Positions 7,505 through 16,397 are shown, numbered from the stretch's first letter. The stretch: 32,000 nt of DNA from Pseudomonas aeruginosa (GCF_001457615.1 NZ_LN831024.1:5610001-5642000), one strand, 5' to 3'. Numbers and translations: made by a program. The notes: generated by a model from the sequence alone, not told the origin.

Positions 7505-8215
7505 TCAGAACCGATAGACCTCGGCGTCGGTGCGAATCGGCACCACCAGTGGCATTTTCGGACCTTCCTCTTCCTTGACCTTCGGCTTGGCCACCGGCTT
7601 GCGCGCGGTCGCCGGCGGCGGCGCCTCGGCCGCCACGGCGATCGGCTTGACGTCCTTGGCCAACTGCGCCGCCAGGCGCTTGAGCAGGTCGCTCTGGGCA
7701 CGGATCTGGTCGCCGATGCTGCCCTGATGCTGTTCTTCCTCGTGGAACACCCGGCTGTCCTTCAGGTCGCCCTTCTGGTCCAACAGGCGCCAGCGCGCCT
7801 CGATCACTGCCGGCTGCTTGGGGCCGGAGTCGAGGCGACTGATGGTCAGCATCACCTGGACCTGGGGGGTGAAACCGGGTTTTTCCGGGAACAGCGCCAG
7901 GCGGCTGCTGCCCAGCTCGCTGGACATCTGCCGCAGCAGTTGCTGGCTGACATTGGTCTCCAGGTTGCCGGCCCAGCGCGCTTCGGTGGACAGACTGAGA
8001 ATACCATCGGCCTGCCGCTGCACCATCACATCGCGCTTGAGATAGTCGGCCAGTTGTACCGGCCCGAGCAGGACGGCCGCACCGCCGTCCTTTTTCGGTA
8101 CCGCAGCGGCACCGACGTCCAACTGGTAGAGCTGGGCCGGCGGATGGACCGCACAACCCGTCAGCCCGAGCAGGCTGACGAGGGAAAGACATGCGAAGAC
8201 GCGCCACGCGCTCAT
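7505..8215 (-). CDS. PqiC/YmbA-family (DUF330) outer-membrane lipoprotein with a Pro/Lys-rich C-terminal tail
   Basis: Start ATG at 8213-8215 gives MSAWRVFACLSLVSLLGLTGC with lipobox LTG|C. The LYQLD, VQLADYL and RWAGNLE..L..L pattern parallels E. coli PqiC (YYQLP, VPDYL, LWASPL). The 33-nt longer track ORF would bury the signal peptide. Confidence 0.85.
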   Translation of the reverse strand: MSAWRVFACLSLVSLLGLTGCAVHPPAQLYQLDVGAAAVPKKDGGAAVLLGPVQLADYLKRDVMVQRQADGILSLSTEARWAGNLETNVSQQLLRQMSSELGSSRLALFPEKPGFTPQVQVMLTISRLDSGPKQPAVIEARWRLLDQKGDLKDSRVFHEEEQHQGSIGDQIRAQSDLLKRLAAQLAKDVKPIAVAAEAPPPATARKPVAKPKVKEEEGPKMPLVVPIRTDAEVYRF

Positions 8216-8266
8216 CGAGAACCACCGTATTTCGCCGAAGATCGGCACTACTGATGCAAGACTTGA

Positions 8267-8272
8267 ATTCTA
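8267..8272 (-). promoter_or_regulatory. Candidate -10 element (TAGAAT) for the PqiC-like gene
   Basis: The minus strand reads GGCCAGTAGAATTCAAG about 50 nt upstream of the ATG. The -35 is weak (TTTCCG at 17 nt). Confidence 0.25.
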
Positions 8273-8384
8273 CTGGCCACCCGCCATCGGAAACGGCGGC
8301 CGAAGGGGCGTATCATCCCCTAACCAGCGCCATAGCTCCAGAGGCAGAGCGTATTCCGAAACCGGTTTCGGACCACCTGCGTCA

Positions 8385-8410
8385 GGGGAAAACCCGGCGG
8401 AACCCGCCAG
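8385..8410 (-). terminator. Candidate intrinsic terminator downstream of parC
   Basis: The minus-strand RNA reads CUGGCGG-GUU-CCGCCGG (7 bp including one G-U) followed by GUUUUCCCC. It lies about 100 nt after the parC stop. Confidence 0.45.
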
Positions 8411-8507
8411 GGAGACGACATTCCCCCGGAAAGCCGGCCTCGGAAGAGGCCGCTTTCGCCATTCCCTTGCGGATATGCGAGAGATCGGAGACCGGTAACG
8501 GCTCATT

Positions 8508-10772
8508 TCAATCCTGTGGCGGAATATCCACCAGCAGGCTGTCGACGCGCTGGAATCCGCGCGGCAGCTTGTTGCCTCGACGGCCGCGCTCTCCCTTGTA
8601 GTGTTCCAGGTCGTCGCCCTTGAGCGACAGGGTACGCTTTCCGGCCTGCAGGACCAACGTTGCCCCGGCTGGCAGAACAGCCAGGTCGGTGAGGTATTCC
8701 TCGCGGCTGACCACGCGTTCGCCGGGGATGCCGATGATCTTGTTGCCCTTGCCCTTGCCGAGCTGCGGCAGGTCGGAGACCTTGAACAATAGCAGACGGC
8801 CCTCGGTCGTCACGGCCGCCAGCCAATCCTGCTCCACATCGCGCACCGGGCGCGGCGCCACCACGGCGGAGCCGTTGGGCAGGCTGAGCAGGGCCTTGCC
8901 GGCCTTGTTCTTGGCCTGCAGGTCCTCGCCCTTGACCACGAAACCATAGCCGGCGTCGGAAGCGATCACGAACAGCGCATCGTCGTCCGGCAGCAGCACG
9001 CATTCGAAGCTGGCCCCCGGCGGCGGCGTCAGCCGGCCGCTGAGTGGCTCGCCCTGGCCTCGCGCGGACGGCAGGCTGTGGGCCGGCAGCGAGTAGCTGC
9101 GCCCGGTGGAGTCGATGAACACCGCATACTGGTTCGAGCGTCCCGGCGCGGCGGCCTTGAAGCCGTCGCCGGCCTTGTAGGAGAGGCCGGCGGCGTCGAT
9201 GTCGTGGCCCTTGGCGCAACGCACCCAGCCTTTTTCCGAGAGCACCACGGTCACCGGTTCGGTGGGCATCAGCTCGGTTTCCGACAGCGCGCGGGCCTCG
9301 GCGCGGGCGACGATCGGCGAACGGCGGTCGTCGCCGTAGGTCTCGGCGTCCTTGATCAGCTCCTCGCGCACCAGCTTCTTCAGCTTGGCCTCGCTGCCGA
9401 GCAGGGTCTGCAGGCGCTTCTGCTCCTTCAGCAACTCTTCCTGCTCGCCGCGGATCTTCATCTCTTCCAGGCGTGCCAACTGGCGCAGGCGGGTGTCGAG
9501 GATGTAGTCGGCCTGCACCTCGCTGAGTTCGAAGCGCTCCATCAGCACCGCCTTGGGCTGATCCTCGGTGCGGATGATGTGGATCACCTCGTCGAGGTTG
9601 AGGAAGGCGATCAGCAAGCCATCCAGCAGATGCAGGCGGCGCTCGACCTTGTCCAGGCGGAACTGCAGGCGTCGACGCACGGTGCCGATGCGGAACTGCA
9701 GCCACTCCGAGAGCAACTGGCGCAGGTCCTTGACCTGCGGCTTTCCGTCGAGGCCGATGATGTTCAGGTTGACCCGGTAGCTGGTTTCCAGGTCGGTGGT
9801 GGCGAACAGATGGGTCATCAGCTCTTCGACATCGACCCGGTTCGAACGCGGGATGATGACGATGCGGGTCGGGTTCTCGTGGTCCGACTCGTCGCGCAGG
9901 TCGGCCACCATCGGCAGCTTCTTGGCCTGCATCTGCCCGGCGATCTGTTCCAGCACCTTGGAACCGGACACCTGGTGCGGCAGGGCGTGGATGACGATGT
10001 CGCCGTCCTCGACGCGGTACACCGCGCGCATGCGCACCGAACCGCGGCCGGTCTCGTAGACCTTCTGCAGGTCGGCGCGCGGGGTGATGATCTCGGCTTC
10101 GGTGGGGAAGTCCGGGCCCGGCACGTGTTCGCACAATTCGGCGACCGTCGCGCCCGGCTGGTCGAGCAGGCGCACGCAGGCCGACGCGACTTCCCGCAGG
10201 TTGTGCGGCGGCACGTCGGTGGCCATGCCCACCGCGATGCCGGTGGTGCCGTTGAGCAGCAGGTTGGGCAGGCGGGCCGGCAGCACGGCCGGCTCGTCGA
10301 GGGTGCCGTCGAAGTTCGGTACCCAGTCCACGGTACCCTGGCCCAGTTCGCTGAGCAGCACCTCGGAATAGCGCGACAGGCGCGCCTCGGTATAACGCAT
10401 GGCGGCGAAGGACTTGGGATCGTCCGGAGCCCCCCAGTTGCCCTGGCCGTCCACCAGCGGATAGCGATAGGAGAACGGCTGCGCCATCAGCACCATGGCC
10501 TCGTAGCAGGCCGAGTCGCCGTGCGGGTGGAACTTGCCGAGCACGTCGCCGACGGTGCGCGCCGACTTCTTGTGCTTGGAATCGGCATCCAGCCCCAGTT
10601 CGCTCATGGCGTAGACGATGCGTCGCTGCACCGGTTTCAGGCCGTCGCCGATATGCGGCAGGGCGCGGTCCATGATCACGTACATGGAATAGTTCAGATA
10701 GGCCTGCTCGGTGAACTCGGCCAACGACCGGCGTTCGACCCCTTCCAGGCTCAGATCGAGGGATTCGCTCAT
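8508..10772 (-). CDS. parC: DNA topoisomerase IV subunit A
   Basis: 754 aa. The quinolone-resistance region reads [13 protein letters not shown], and the catalytic-Tyr context is [10 protein letters not shown]. The SD GAGG sits in TGAGGTACGCATG. Confidence 0.97.
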   Translation of the reverse strand: MSESLDLSLEGVERRSLAEFTEQAYLNYSMYVIMDRALPHIGDGLKPVQRRIVYAMSELGLDADSKHKKSARTVGDVLGKFHPHGDSACYEAMVLMAQPFSYRYPLVDGQGNWGAPDDPKSFAAMRYTEARLSRYSEVLLSELGQGTVDWVPNFDGTLDEPAVLPARLPNLLLNGTTGIAVGMATDVPPHNLREVASACVRLLDQPGATVAELCEHVPGPDFPTEAEIITPRADLQKVYETGRGSVRMRAVYRVEDGDIVIHALPHQVSGSKVLEQIAGQMQAKKLPMVADLRDESDHENPTRIVIIPRSNRVDVEELMTHLFATTDLETSYRVNLNIIGLDGKPQVKDLRQLLSEWLQFRIGTVRRRLQFRLDKVERRLHLLDGLLIAFLNLDEVIHIIRTEDQPKAVLMERFELSEVQADYILDTRLRQLARLEEMKIRGEQEELLKEQKRLQTLLGSEAKLKKLVREELIKDAETYGDDRRSPIVARAEARALSETELMPTEPVTVVLSEKGWVRCAKGHDIDAAGLSYKAGDGFKAAAPGRSNQYAVFIDSTGRSYSLPAHSLPSARGQGEPLSGRLTPPPGASFECVLLPDDDALFVIASDAGYGFVVKGEDLQAKNKAGKALLSLPNGSAVVAPRPVRDVEQDWLAAVTTEGRLLLFKVSDLPQLGKGKGNKIIGIPGERVVSREEYLTDLAVLPAGATLVLQAGKRTLSLKGDDLEHYKGERGRRGNKLPRGFQRVDSLLVDIPPQD

Positions 10773-10779
10773 GCGTACC

Positions 10780-11304
10780 TCACGGAGAAGTGTTTTGGCG
10801 CAGCACCAGGGTGCCGTCGCGCTGGGTGAATTCGAGTTGTTTCAGGGCGCTCATGCCGAGTAGCACCTCATCGCCGTCCATGCCCGGCGCAATCAGCGCC
10901 GCGACCCCGGACAGGCGGATATCGCCGAGTTGCAGCTGGTCCAGCCGCGTGCGCCAGCCCGTGGCGCGGCCGTTGGCCGTGCTCAGGGTGATCGGCGCGC
11001 CGCGCTCCAGCGCGAGTCTTGCCGCCAGGGCTTCCGGCACCGCCACCTGGGTCGCCCCGGTATCGAGCAGGAAGGTCACGCCCTGGCCGTTGATCTGCCC
11101 GTTCAGCAGGTAATGGCCCTGGCGGCTGCTGGCCAGGCGCAACTCGACGTAGCCGTCGCCATGGATCGATTGCGGCGCCTGGTTCGGGTTGCGCTGTCGA
11201 TCTTCCCAGACGCCGAAATAGCGCGTCGCCAGCGCCAGCCCGGCGACCCAGGCCAGCACCAGCATGATCCGTCCCAGCCGCTGACCGGGCGCCTGTTGCC
11301 TCAC
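10780..11304 (-). CDS. Membrane-anchored retropepsin-like (clan AA, TIGR02281-type) aspartic protease
   Basis: 174 aa. The N-terminus has a basic stretch then [17 protein letters not shown] single active-site motif LLDTGAT has DTGA encoded at 11053-11064. Start GTG overlaps the upstream stop (GTGA, 11301-11304). Confidence 0.85.
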   Translation of the reverse strand: MRQQAPGQRLGRIMLVLAWVAGLALATRYFGVWEDRQRNPNQAPQSIHGDGYVELRLASSRQGHYLLNGQINGQGVTFLLDTGATQVAVPEALAARLALERGAPITLSTANGRATGWRTRLDQLQLGDIRLSGVAALIAPGMDGDEVLLGMSALKQLEFTQRDGTLVLRQNTSP

Positions 11305-12314
11305 TTGTCCCCCAACCAGCCGCCGGCGGGCGCGGCGAAGCGCAGGACGAAGGGCCGCACATCGCCATCGGCGCGCGCATGGTCGCCATTGTCGATGCCC
11401 AGCCAGGCGCCCTTGTCGTCCAGCGACAGGGCTTCCGCGACGCCATAAGGCAGCTCGTAGCGACGCTCCGGCGCCAGGACCGCCGAGGCGAACGACCAGC
11501 AGCGCTCGACCTTGGCCTGGGCCAGGTCGCGGCGGCAGATCTGATGCGCCAGGCGCTCCAGGGTGAACAGCTTGCCGCGGTAGAAGGCGAGGTCGGAGAA
11601 ATCCTTCGGCAGCTTGCGCGCGCTGCCCAGTTCCGGCGGCGGCTCGATCTTGCCGCCCTCGGCGAGCAGTACGCAGCTGCCCTCGCAGCGCCAGGCACTG
11701 TTGTCGCGGTGGGCCACCAGCAGGCCGCGGCGCTCGCGCTCGGCAGCCAGCCAGAGGCGCTTGCCCTCGGGGTCGACGGCGATCCCTTCGAACAGCGCGT
11801 TGAAATTCATCAGCATGCCGCTGGCCCGCGCTTGCGGCAGCAGGCCGGGCGGCAGGCGCAGCCAGTTCGGCGTGCCGCTCACCGGCAGTTGCAGGACCGC
11901 CGCGTGCGCCTCGCTGACCAGGTAGCGATTGCCGGCGGCATCGCAGGCGATGCCTTCGAAGTCGAGGTTGCCGCCGCGCACCAGGCCACTGAGCCAGACC
12001 CGCGTGCTCATGCCCCAGGGCAACCCGCTGTCCGGCGGGGTCGGAGCGATGAAACTCTCGGCCTCGGCCTGCCAGGGCTGGTCGGAGCCTTCGGCCGAGG
12101 GTTGCAGGCGATACAGGCGGTCATCGTCGCGGTCGGAAACCGTCCACAGCGCGCCACCACACCAGGCCAGCCCGGAGAGGTTGCCGCCGCGCATGCCCTC
12201 CACCGCATGTTCGGAGATGAAGCTCAAGGCTGCCGGAACCGGTGGCTCTGGCGGCGCCTCGGCCGCCTGGACCAGGCCCCCGAACAGGCCGAGGATGGCC
12301 AGCAGGCGGCGCAT
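11301..12314 (-). CDS. Secreted beta-propeller-like protein (phytase-like esterase / SdiA-regulated-type repeats), function unknown
   Basis: 337 aa. Signal peptide MRRLLAILGLFGGLVQAAEA. Recurrent FEGIA.D / LSGLAW / FSDLAF blade-like motifs. Its ATG overlaps the parE stop (TGATG, 12312-12316). Family assignment is tentative. Confidence 0.78.
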   Translation of the reverse strand: MRRLLAILGLFGGLVQAAEAPPEPPVPAALSFISEHAVEGMRGGNLSGLAWCGGALWTVSDRDDDRLYRLQPSAEGSDQPWQAEAESFIAPTPPDSGLPWGMSTRVWLSGLVRGGNLDFEGIACDAAGNRYLVSEAHAAVLQLPVSGTPNWLRLPPGLLPQARASGMLMNFNALFEGIAVDPEGKRLWLAAERERRGLLVAHRDNSAWRCEGSCVLLAEGGKIEPPPELGSARKLPKDFSDLAFYRGKLFTLERLAHQICRRDLAQAKVERCWSFASAVLAPERRYELPYGVAEALSLDDKGAWLGIDNGDHARADGDVRPFVLRFAAPAGGWLGDK

Positions 12315-14203
12315 CAGACCAGCACCTCGGCCAGGTTGCCCTTGCTTTCCAGCCAGGACTTGCGGTCACCGGCGCGCTTCTTGGCCAGCAGCATGTCCAT
12401 GATCTCCAGGGTACCGGTGGCGTCCTCCAGGGTGAGCTGGACCAGCCGCCGGGTATTCGGATCCATGGTGGTCTCGCGCAGTTGCAACGGATTCATTTCG
12501 CCAAGGCCCTTGAAGCGGGTGACCTGCGGCTTGCCGCGCTTCTTCTCTGCGGCCAGGCGCTCGAGGATGCCGTCGCGCTCGGCTTCGTCGAGGGCGTAGT
12601 AGATGTCCTTGCCGAGGTCGATGCGGTACAGCGGCGGCATCGCCACGTAGACGTGGCCGGCTTCCACCAGCGGGCGGAAATGGCGGACGAACAGCGCGCA
12701 GAGCAGCGTGGCGATGTGCAGCCCGTCGGAGTCGGCATCCGCGAGGATACAGATCTTGCCGTAGCGCAGCTGGGCCAGGTCACTGGCACCCGGATCGACG
12801 CCGATGGCCACCGCGATGTCGTGGACCTCCTGGCTGGCGAGCACCTCGCCGCCGTCCACTTCCCAGGTGTTCAGGATCTTTCCGCGCAGCGGCATGATCG
12901 CCTGGAATTCCTTGTCCCGCGCCTGCTTCGCCGAGCCGCCGGCGGAGTCGCCCTCGACCAGGAACAGTTCCGCGCGCATCGGTTCCTGTCCGGCGCAGTC
13001 GGCCAGTTTGCCGGGCAGCGCCGGCCCCTGGGTGATCTTCTTGCGCTCGACCTTCTTGCCCGCCTTGAGGCGACGCCCGGCGTTGCTGATCGCCAGTTCC
13101 GCCAGTTGCAGGCCGATTTCGGCGTGCTCGTTGAGCCACAGGCTGAAGGCGTCCTTCACCACGCCCGAGACGAACGCCGCCGCCTCGCGGGACGACAGGC
13201 GCTCCTTGGTCTGCCCGGAGAACTGCGGCTCCTGCATCTTCATCGAGAGGACGAAGGCGATCCGCTCCCAGACGTCCTCGGGCGCCAGCTTGACGCCGCG
13301 CGGCAACAGGTTGCGGAACTCGCAGAACTCGCGCATGGCGTCGAGCAGGCCCTGGCGCAGGCCGTTCACATGGGTGCCGCCCTGGGCCGTGGGAATCAGG
13401 TTGACGTAGCTTTCCTGCACCGACTCACCGCCCTCGGGCAGCCACAGCAGGGCCCAGCTCACCGCTTCCTTGGAACCTTCGAGGTTGCCGCAGAAGGGTT
13501 CATCGGGCAGGCGCGGCAGCTCGGCGACCGCGTCGGTCAGGTAGGAGCGCAGGCCGTCCTCGAAGTGCCACTCGACGCGCTCGCCGGTGTTCTTGTCCTC
13601 GAACACCACGCTCAGGCCCGGGCACAGCACCGCCTTGGCCTTGAGCACATGCTTGAGGCGGCTGACCGAGAACTTCGCCGAATCGAAATACTTCGGATCC
13701 GGCCAGAAATGCACGCTGGTACCGGTATTGCGCTTGCCGACCGTGCCGATGACTTCCAGATCGCTGTCCTTGAAGCCGTCGGCGAAGGTCATCCGGTACT
13801 CGTTGGCGTCGCGCTTGACGCGTACCTCGACCCGGGTCGAGAGCGCGTTCACCACCGAGATGCCAACCCCGTGCAAGCCGCCGGAGAACTGGTAGTTCTT
13901 GTTCGAGAACTTGCCGCCGGCATGCAGCTTGGTAAGGATCAGCTCGACGCCCGGCACGCCCTCTTCCGGGTGGATGTCCACCGGCATGCCGCGGCCATCG
14001 TCGATGACTTCCAGCGAGTTGTCCTGGTGCAGGATCACCTGCACGCTCTTCGCGTGGCCGGCCAGGGCTTCGTCGACGCTGTTGTCGATGACTTCCTGGG
14101 CCAGGTGGTTGGGGCGGGTGGTGTCGGTGTACATCCCCGGGCGCTTGCGCACCGGGTCGAGGCCGGAAAGGACTTCGATGGCGTCTGCGTTGTAAGTAGC
14201 CAT
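12314..14203 (-). CDS. parE: DNA topoisomerase IV subunit B
   Basis: 629 aa. GHKL ATPase motifs (EVIDNSVDEA, DDGRGMP, GGLHGVG) and Toprim motifs LVEGDSAGG and ILADADSDG. Confidence 0.97.
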   Translation of the reverse strand: MATYNADAIEVLSGLDPVRKRPGMYTDTTRPNHLAQEVIDNSVDEALAGHAKSVQVILHQDNSLEVIDDGRGMPVDIHPEEGVPGVELILTKLHAGGKFSNKNYQFSGGLHGVGISVVNALSTRVEVRVKRDANEYRMTFADGFKDSDLEVIGTVGKRNTGTSVHFWPDPKYFDSAKFSVSRLKHVLKAKAVLCPGLSVVFEDKNTGERVEWHFEDGLRSYLTDAVAELPRLPDEPFCGNLEGSKEAVSWALLWLPEGGESVQESYVNLIPTAQGGTHVNGLRQGLLDAMREFCEFRNLLPRGVKLAPEDVWERIAFVLSMKMQEPQFSGQTKERLSSREAAAFVSGVVKDAFSLWLNEHAEIGLQLAELAISNAGRRLKAGKKVERKKITQGPALPGKLADCAGQEPMRAELFLVEGDSAGGSAKQARDKEFQAIMPLRGKILNTWEVDGGEVLASQEVHDIAVAIGVDPGASDLAQLRYGKICILADADSDGLHIATLLCALFVRHFRPLVEAGHVYVAMPPLYRIDLGKDIYYALDEAERDGILERLAAEKKRGKPQVTRFKGLGEMNPLQLRETTMDPNTRRLVQLTLEDATGTLEIMDMLLAKKRAGDRKSWLESKGNLAEVLV

Positions 14204-14214
14204 GGGGTCTCTAT

Positions 14215-14835
14215 TCAGTCAAAAGTCGAAAAGTCGGTGTCGCGCCACAGCGCCGACGGGTAGCCGGCGAACGCCAGCAGCGCCGGCAGGTGCCGGGCGA
14301 AGCCCTGGAAACCGTGGTCGCCGCCGGCCTGGATACGTAGCGCGCAGGCTCGGTAGAAGGCCTGCGCGACGCGATAATCGAGGGTTTCGTCGGCGGTCTG
14401 CAGCCATACCTGGTAGCGTTCGGGACGTTGCAGGTGCGTGACTTCCAGTTCGGCCAACGCCGCCACGTGGTCCTCGGTGAGTTCCCAGGTCTCGCCGCTG
14501 TAGTGGTTGGTCTGCGCGCCCAGGTAGCCGTCGAAGGAACGATGCGGGGCGACCGCCGGATTGACCAGGATCGCCGCCAGGCCATGGCGCTCCGCCAAAT
14601 GGGTCGCATAGTAGCCACCCAGGGAGCTGCCGACCAGCACCGGTCGCCCGAGCTCGGCAATGGCCCGCTCCAACTGGGCGATAGCCTGCCGTGGGTGATG
14701 GAGCAGGGCCGGGACGCGCAGGCCTTCGGCCAGGCCCAAGTGGCCGAAGGCCGCCTGCAGCTGACGCGCCTTGTGCGATTCGGGCGAACTGTTGAAGCCG
14801 TGGATATACAGCAGGGATGGGCTGGTCGCGGTCAT
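14215..14835 (-). CDS. YqiA-like alpha/beta-fold esterase
   Basis: 206 aa starting at ATG 14833-14835: MTATSPSLLYIHGFNSSPES, with nucleophile elbow GSSLGG. It occupies the same position as E. coli yqiA, upstream of parE. The 405-aa track ORF is a spurious 5' extension that overlaps cpdA. Confidence 0.85.
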   Translation of the reverse strand: MTATSPSLLYIHGFNSSPESHKARQLQAAFGHLGLAEGLRVPALLHHPRQAIAQLERAIAELGRPVLVGSSLGGYYATHLAERHGLAAILVNPAVAPHRSFDGYLGAQTNHYSGETWELTEDHVAALAELEVTHLQRPERYQVWLQTADETLDYRVAQAFYRACALRIQAGGDHGFQGFARHLPALLAFAGYPSALWRDTDFSTFD

Positions 14836-14966
14836 CGGGAACGGGCTAATGGGCTTCAACTCGGTAGGGAAAGCCGAACGGTAACAGCTTCCAGGCTTCA
14901 TCTTCCAGCCTGCGCGCCGATCGGCAACGACGCACGTGGCCGCGGTATCCCGCGACCGGGGGCATG

Positions 14967-15785
14967 TCAGTATCCGGCGGTGTCGTAGTCCACTTCGAAG
15001 ACGACGTCGTCGACCCGCGAGATCCCCGTTTCCAGGCGCCCGTCGTCGTGCAGGCGCAACCAGCGGTAGCCCGGCGCCAGGCGGTCGAGGGTGAAGTCGC
15101 TGCTGCCGGGGGCGAACTGTACGCAGGTGGACGGCGAAGCCAGCAGGCGCAGCGGGCCGCGCTGGCGGTCGAACTCCTGGTGAATGTGCCCCCACAGCAG
15201 GCAGCGTACCTGCGGATAGGGCGCCAGCAGGTCGAACAGCGCCTGCGGGTTGCGCAGGCCGATGGGATCCATCCAGTCGCTGCCGATCGGCACCGGGTGG
15301 TGATGGAAGGAAACCAGCAGGAAGCGTTCGCCGGCGCTGTCGATGGCGCGCCGCAGCAGCTCCAGCTGATCCTCCTCGAGATAGCCCGGCACCGCGCCGG
15401 GAATGCTCGAGTCGAGCAACACCACGCGCCAATTGCCGACGTCGACGACCTGCTCCAGCAGGTCGCTGCCCTCGGTCGCCCTTTGCATCGGCTCGCGTTC
15501 GTCGTGGTTACCGGCGAACCAGCGCAACGGCGCGTCCAGGGGGGCGCTCAACCTGCGGAAGCGTGTGTAGGAATCGAGGCTGCCGTCCTGGGAGACGTCG
15601 CCGGTGGCGAGAATCAGGTCGATCCGCGGCTGCTCCCGGGCGACCCGCTCGACCACCTTCTCCAGGCTATGGGCGGTATCCATGCCAAGCAGGCGCGCGC
15701 CATCCTCGGCGAACAGGTGGCTGTCCGAGAGCTGCACCAGCAGTACGGAGGCGTCGGTGGCGGGAGTGTTCGAATGGCGTGACAA
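14967..15785 (-). CDS. cpdA: 3',5'-cyclic-AMP phosphodiesterase (class III metallophosphoesterase)
   Basis: Metallophosphatase motifs SDSHL, TGDVSQDG, GNHD and HHHP, plus GHIH. Preferred start is TTG at 15783-15785 (272 aa) with GGAGA 7 nt upstream. Confidence 0.9.
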   Translation of the reverse strand: MSRHSNTPATDASVLLVQLSDSHLFAEDGARLLGMDTAHSLEKVVERVAREQPRIDLILATGDVSQDGSLDSYTRFRRLSAPLDAPLRWFAGNHDEREPMQRATEGSDLLEQVVDVGNWRVVLLDSSIPGAVPGYLEEDQLELLRRAIDSAGERFLLVSFHHHPVPIGSDWMDPIGLRNPQALFDLLAPYPQVRCLLWGHIHQEFDRQRGPLRLLASPSTCVQFAPGSSDFTLDRLAPGYRWLRLHDDGRLETGISRVDDVVFEVDYDTAGY

Positions 15786-15828
15786 GGGGCCGTCTCCTGA
15801 AGGCGAGGCGTCCGCGGTGAAAGGGATG

Positions 15829-15857
15829 ATTATGGTGACCGACGAAAGTGGCGGCAA
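15829..15857 (-). promoter_or_regulatory. Candidate internal sigma70 promoter for cpdA
   Basis: The minus strand reads TTGCCG (15852-15857), 17-nt spacer, CATAAT (15829-15834). It lies in the 153-nt gap after the DUF1249 gene. Confidence 0.35.
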
Positions 15858-15938
15858 ACCCGGAAAGCGGAACAGATCACAGTTGCGAGGACTACTTTTG
15901 GCTTGATGTCATTCAACTGGCCTTTTGCCTGCAACCGC

Positions 15939-16397
15939 TCAGCGCTGGGCCACCGGCTCCATTTCGTGGCCGCAGGCCAGGCAATGGGCGAGCCACTCGC
16001 CGAGGAACAGGTTGAGCTGGTTCTTCTCGTCGGGCTGGTGCATCGCCTGGTTCGGGTAGGGATAGATCGCCATCAGCCGCCGCGCCTGTTCGGCGCCGAT
16101 CACCTCGGCCATCCGCGCATCGTGGTAGACCCGCACTTCCAGCCGCGGCGCCGGCAACCAGGGCAGGCCCAGTTCCTGGCGCACCTGAAGGGTGGTGGTG
16201 TAGGGGCAGGCCTCGGTCACTTCCAGCGCAAGTACGCCGAGCAGCCGCTCCCCTTCGCTCAGCGCGACCCGGCGCGAGGCCTGCGCCTCGCGCATGTCCG
16301 GGAGCAGGCGCATGAGCCGCGCGTAGTTCGCTTCGCAGGTCGCCTGCAGGCTGGCCAGGTCGACCCGGTAGCGCTCGCGCAGCAGGTTCAGGCCCAT
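15939..16397 (-). CDS. DUF1249 (YqiB-like) protein
   Basis: 152 aa from ATG 16395-16397 (MGLNLLRERYRVDLASLQATCEANYARLMRLLP). It overlaps the nudF stop by 10 nt and sits between nudF and cpdA, as E. coli yqiB does. Confidence 0.8.
   Translation of the reverse strand: MGLNLLRERYRVDLASLQATCEANYARLMRLLPDMREAQASRRVALSEGERLLGVLALEVTEACPYTTTLQVRQELGLPWLPAPRLEVRVYHDARMAEVIGAEQARRLMAIYPYPNQAMHQPDEKNQLNLFLGEWLAHCLACGHEMEPVAQR

Noticed and set aside
8270-8506. A 78-aa minus-strand ORF starting 1 nt after the parC stop, and a 136-aa plus-strand ORF at 8191..8601 in the same gap.
   Set aside because: About a third of the third codon positions are A/T, unlike neighbouring genes. There is no SD, and the sequence is dominated by hairpin arms. 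I treat it as non-coding, with moderate certainty only.
8216-8507. I considered a cobalamin or other known riboswitch, or a known P. aeruginosa sRNA, in the structured parC-downstream gap.
   Set aside because: There is no B12 box (GCCACUG-type), and I could not recognise conserved cores of the other riboswitch classes I know. I cannot recall an annotated sRNA at this locus. It is left as an open finding, not a call.
14215-15432. Very long 5' extensions in the track: the yqiA-like ORF at 405 aa, the yqiB-like ORF at 289 aa (15939..16808), the quinone reductase at 446 aa (21901..23241), aruI at 624 aa (23860..25734) and thiC at 657 aa. They could be read as gene fusions or overlapping genes.
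   Set aside because: The extensions run through neighbouring genes or the riboswitch in other frames and are Arg/Pro/Gly-rich. Each has an internal ATG with family-typical N-terminal sequence, usually with an SD, at the expected protein length.
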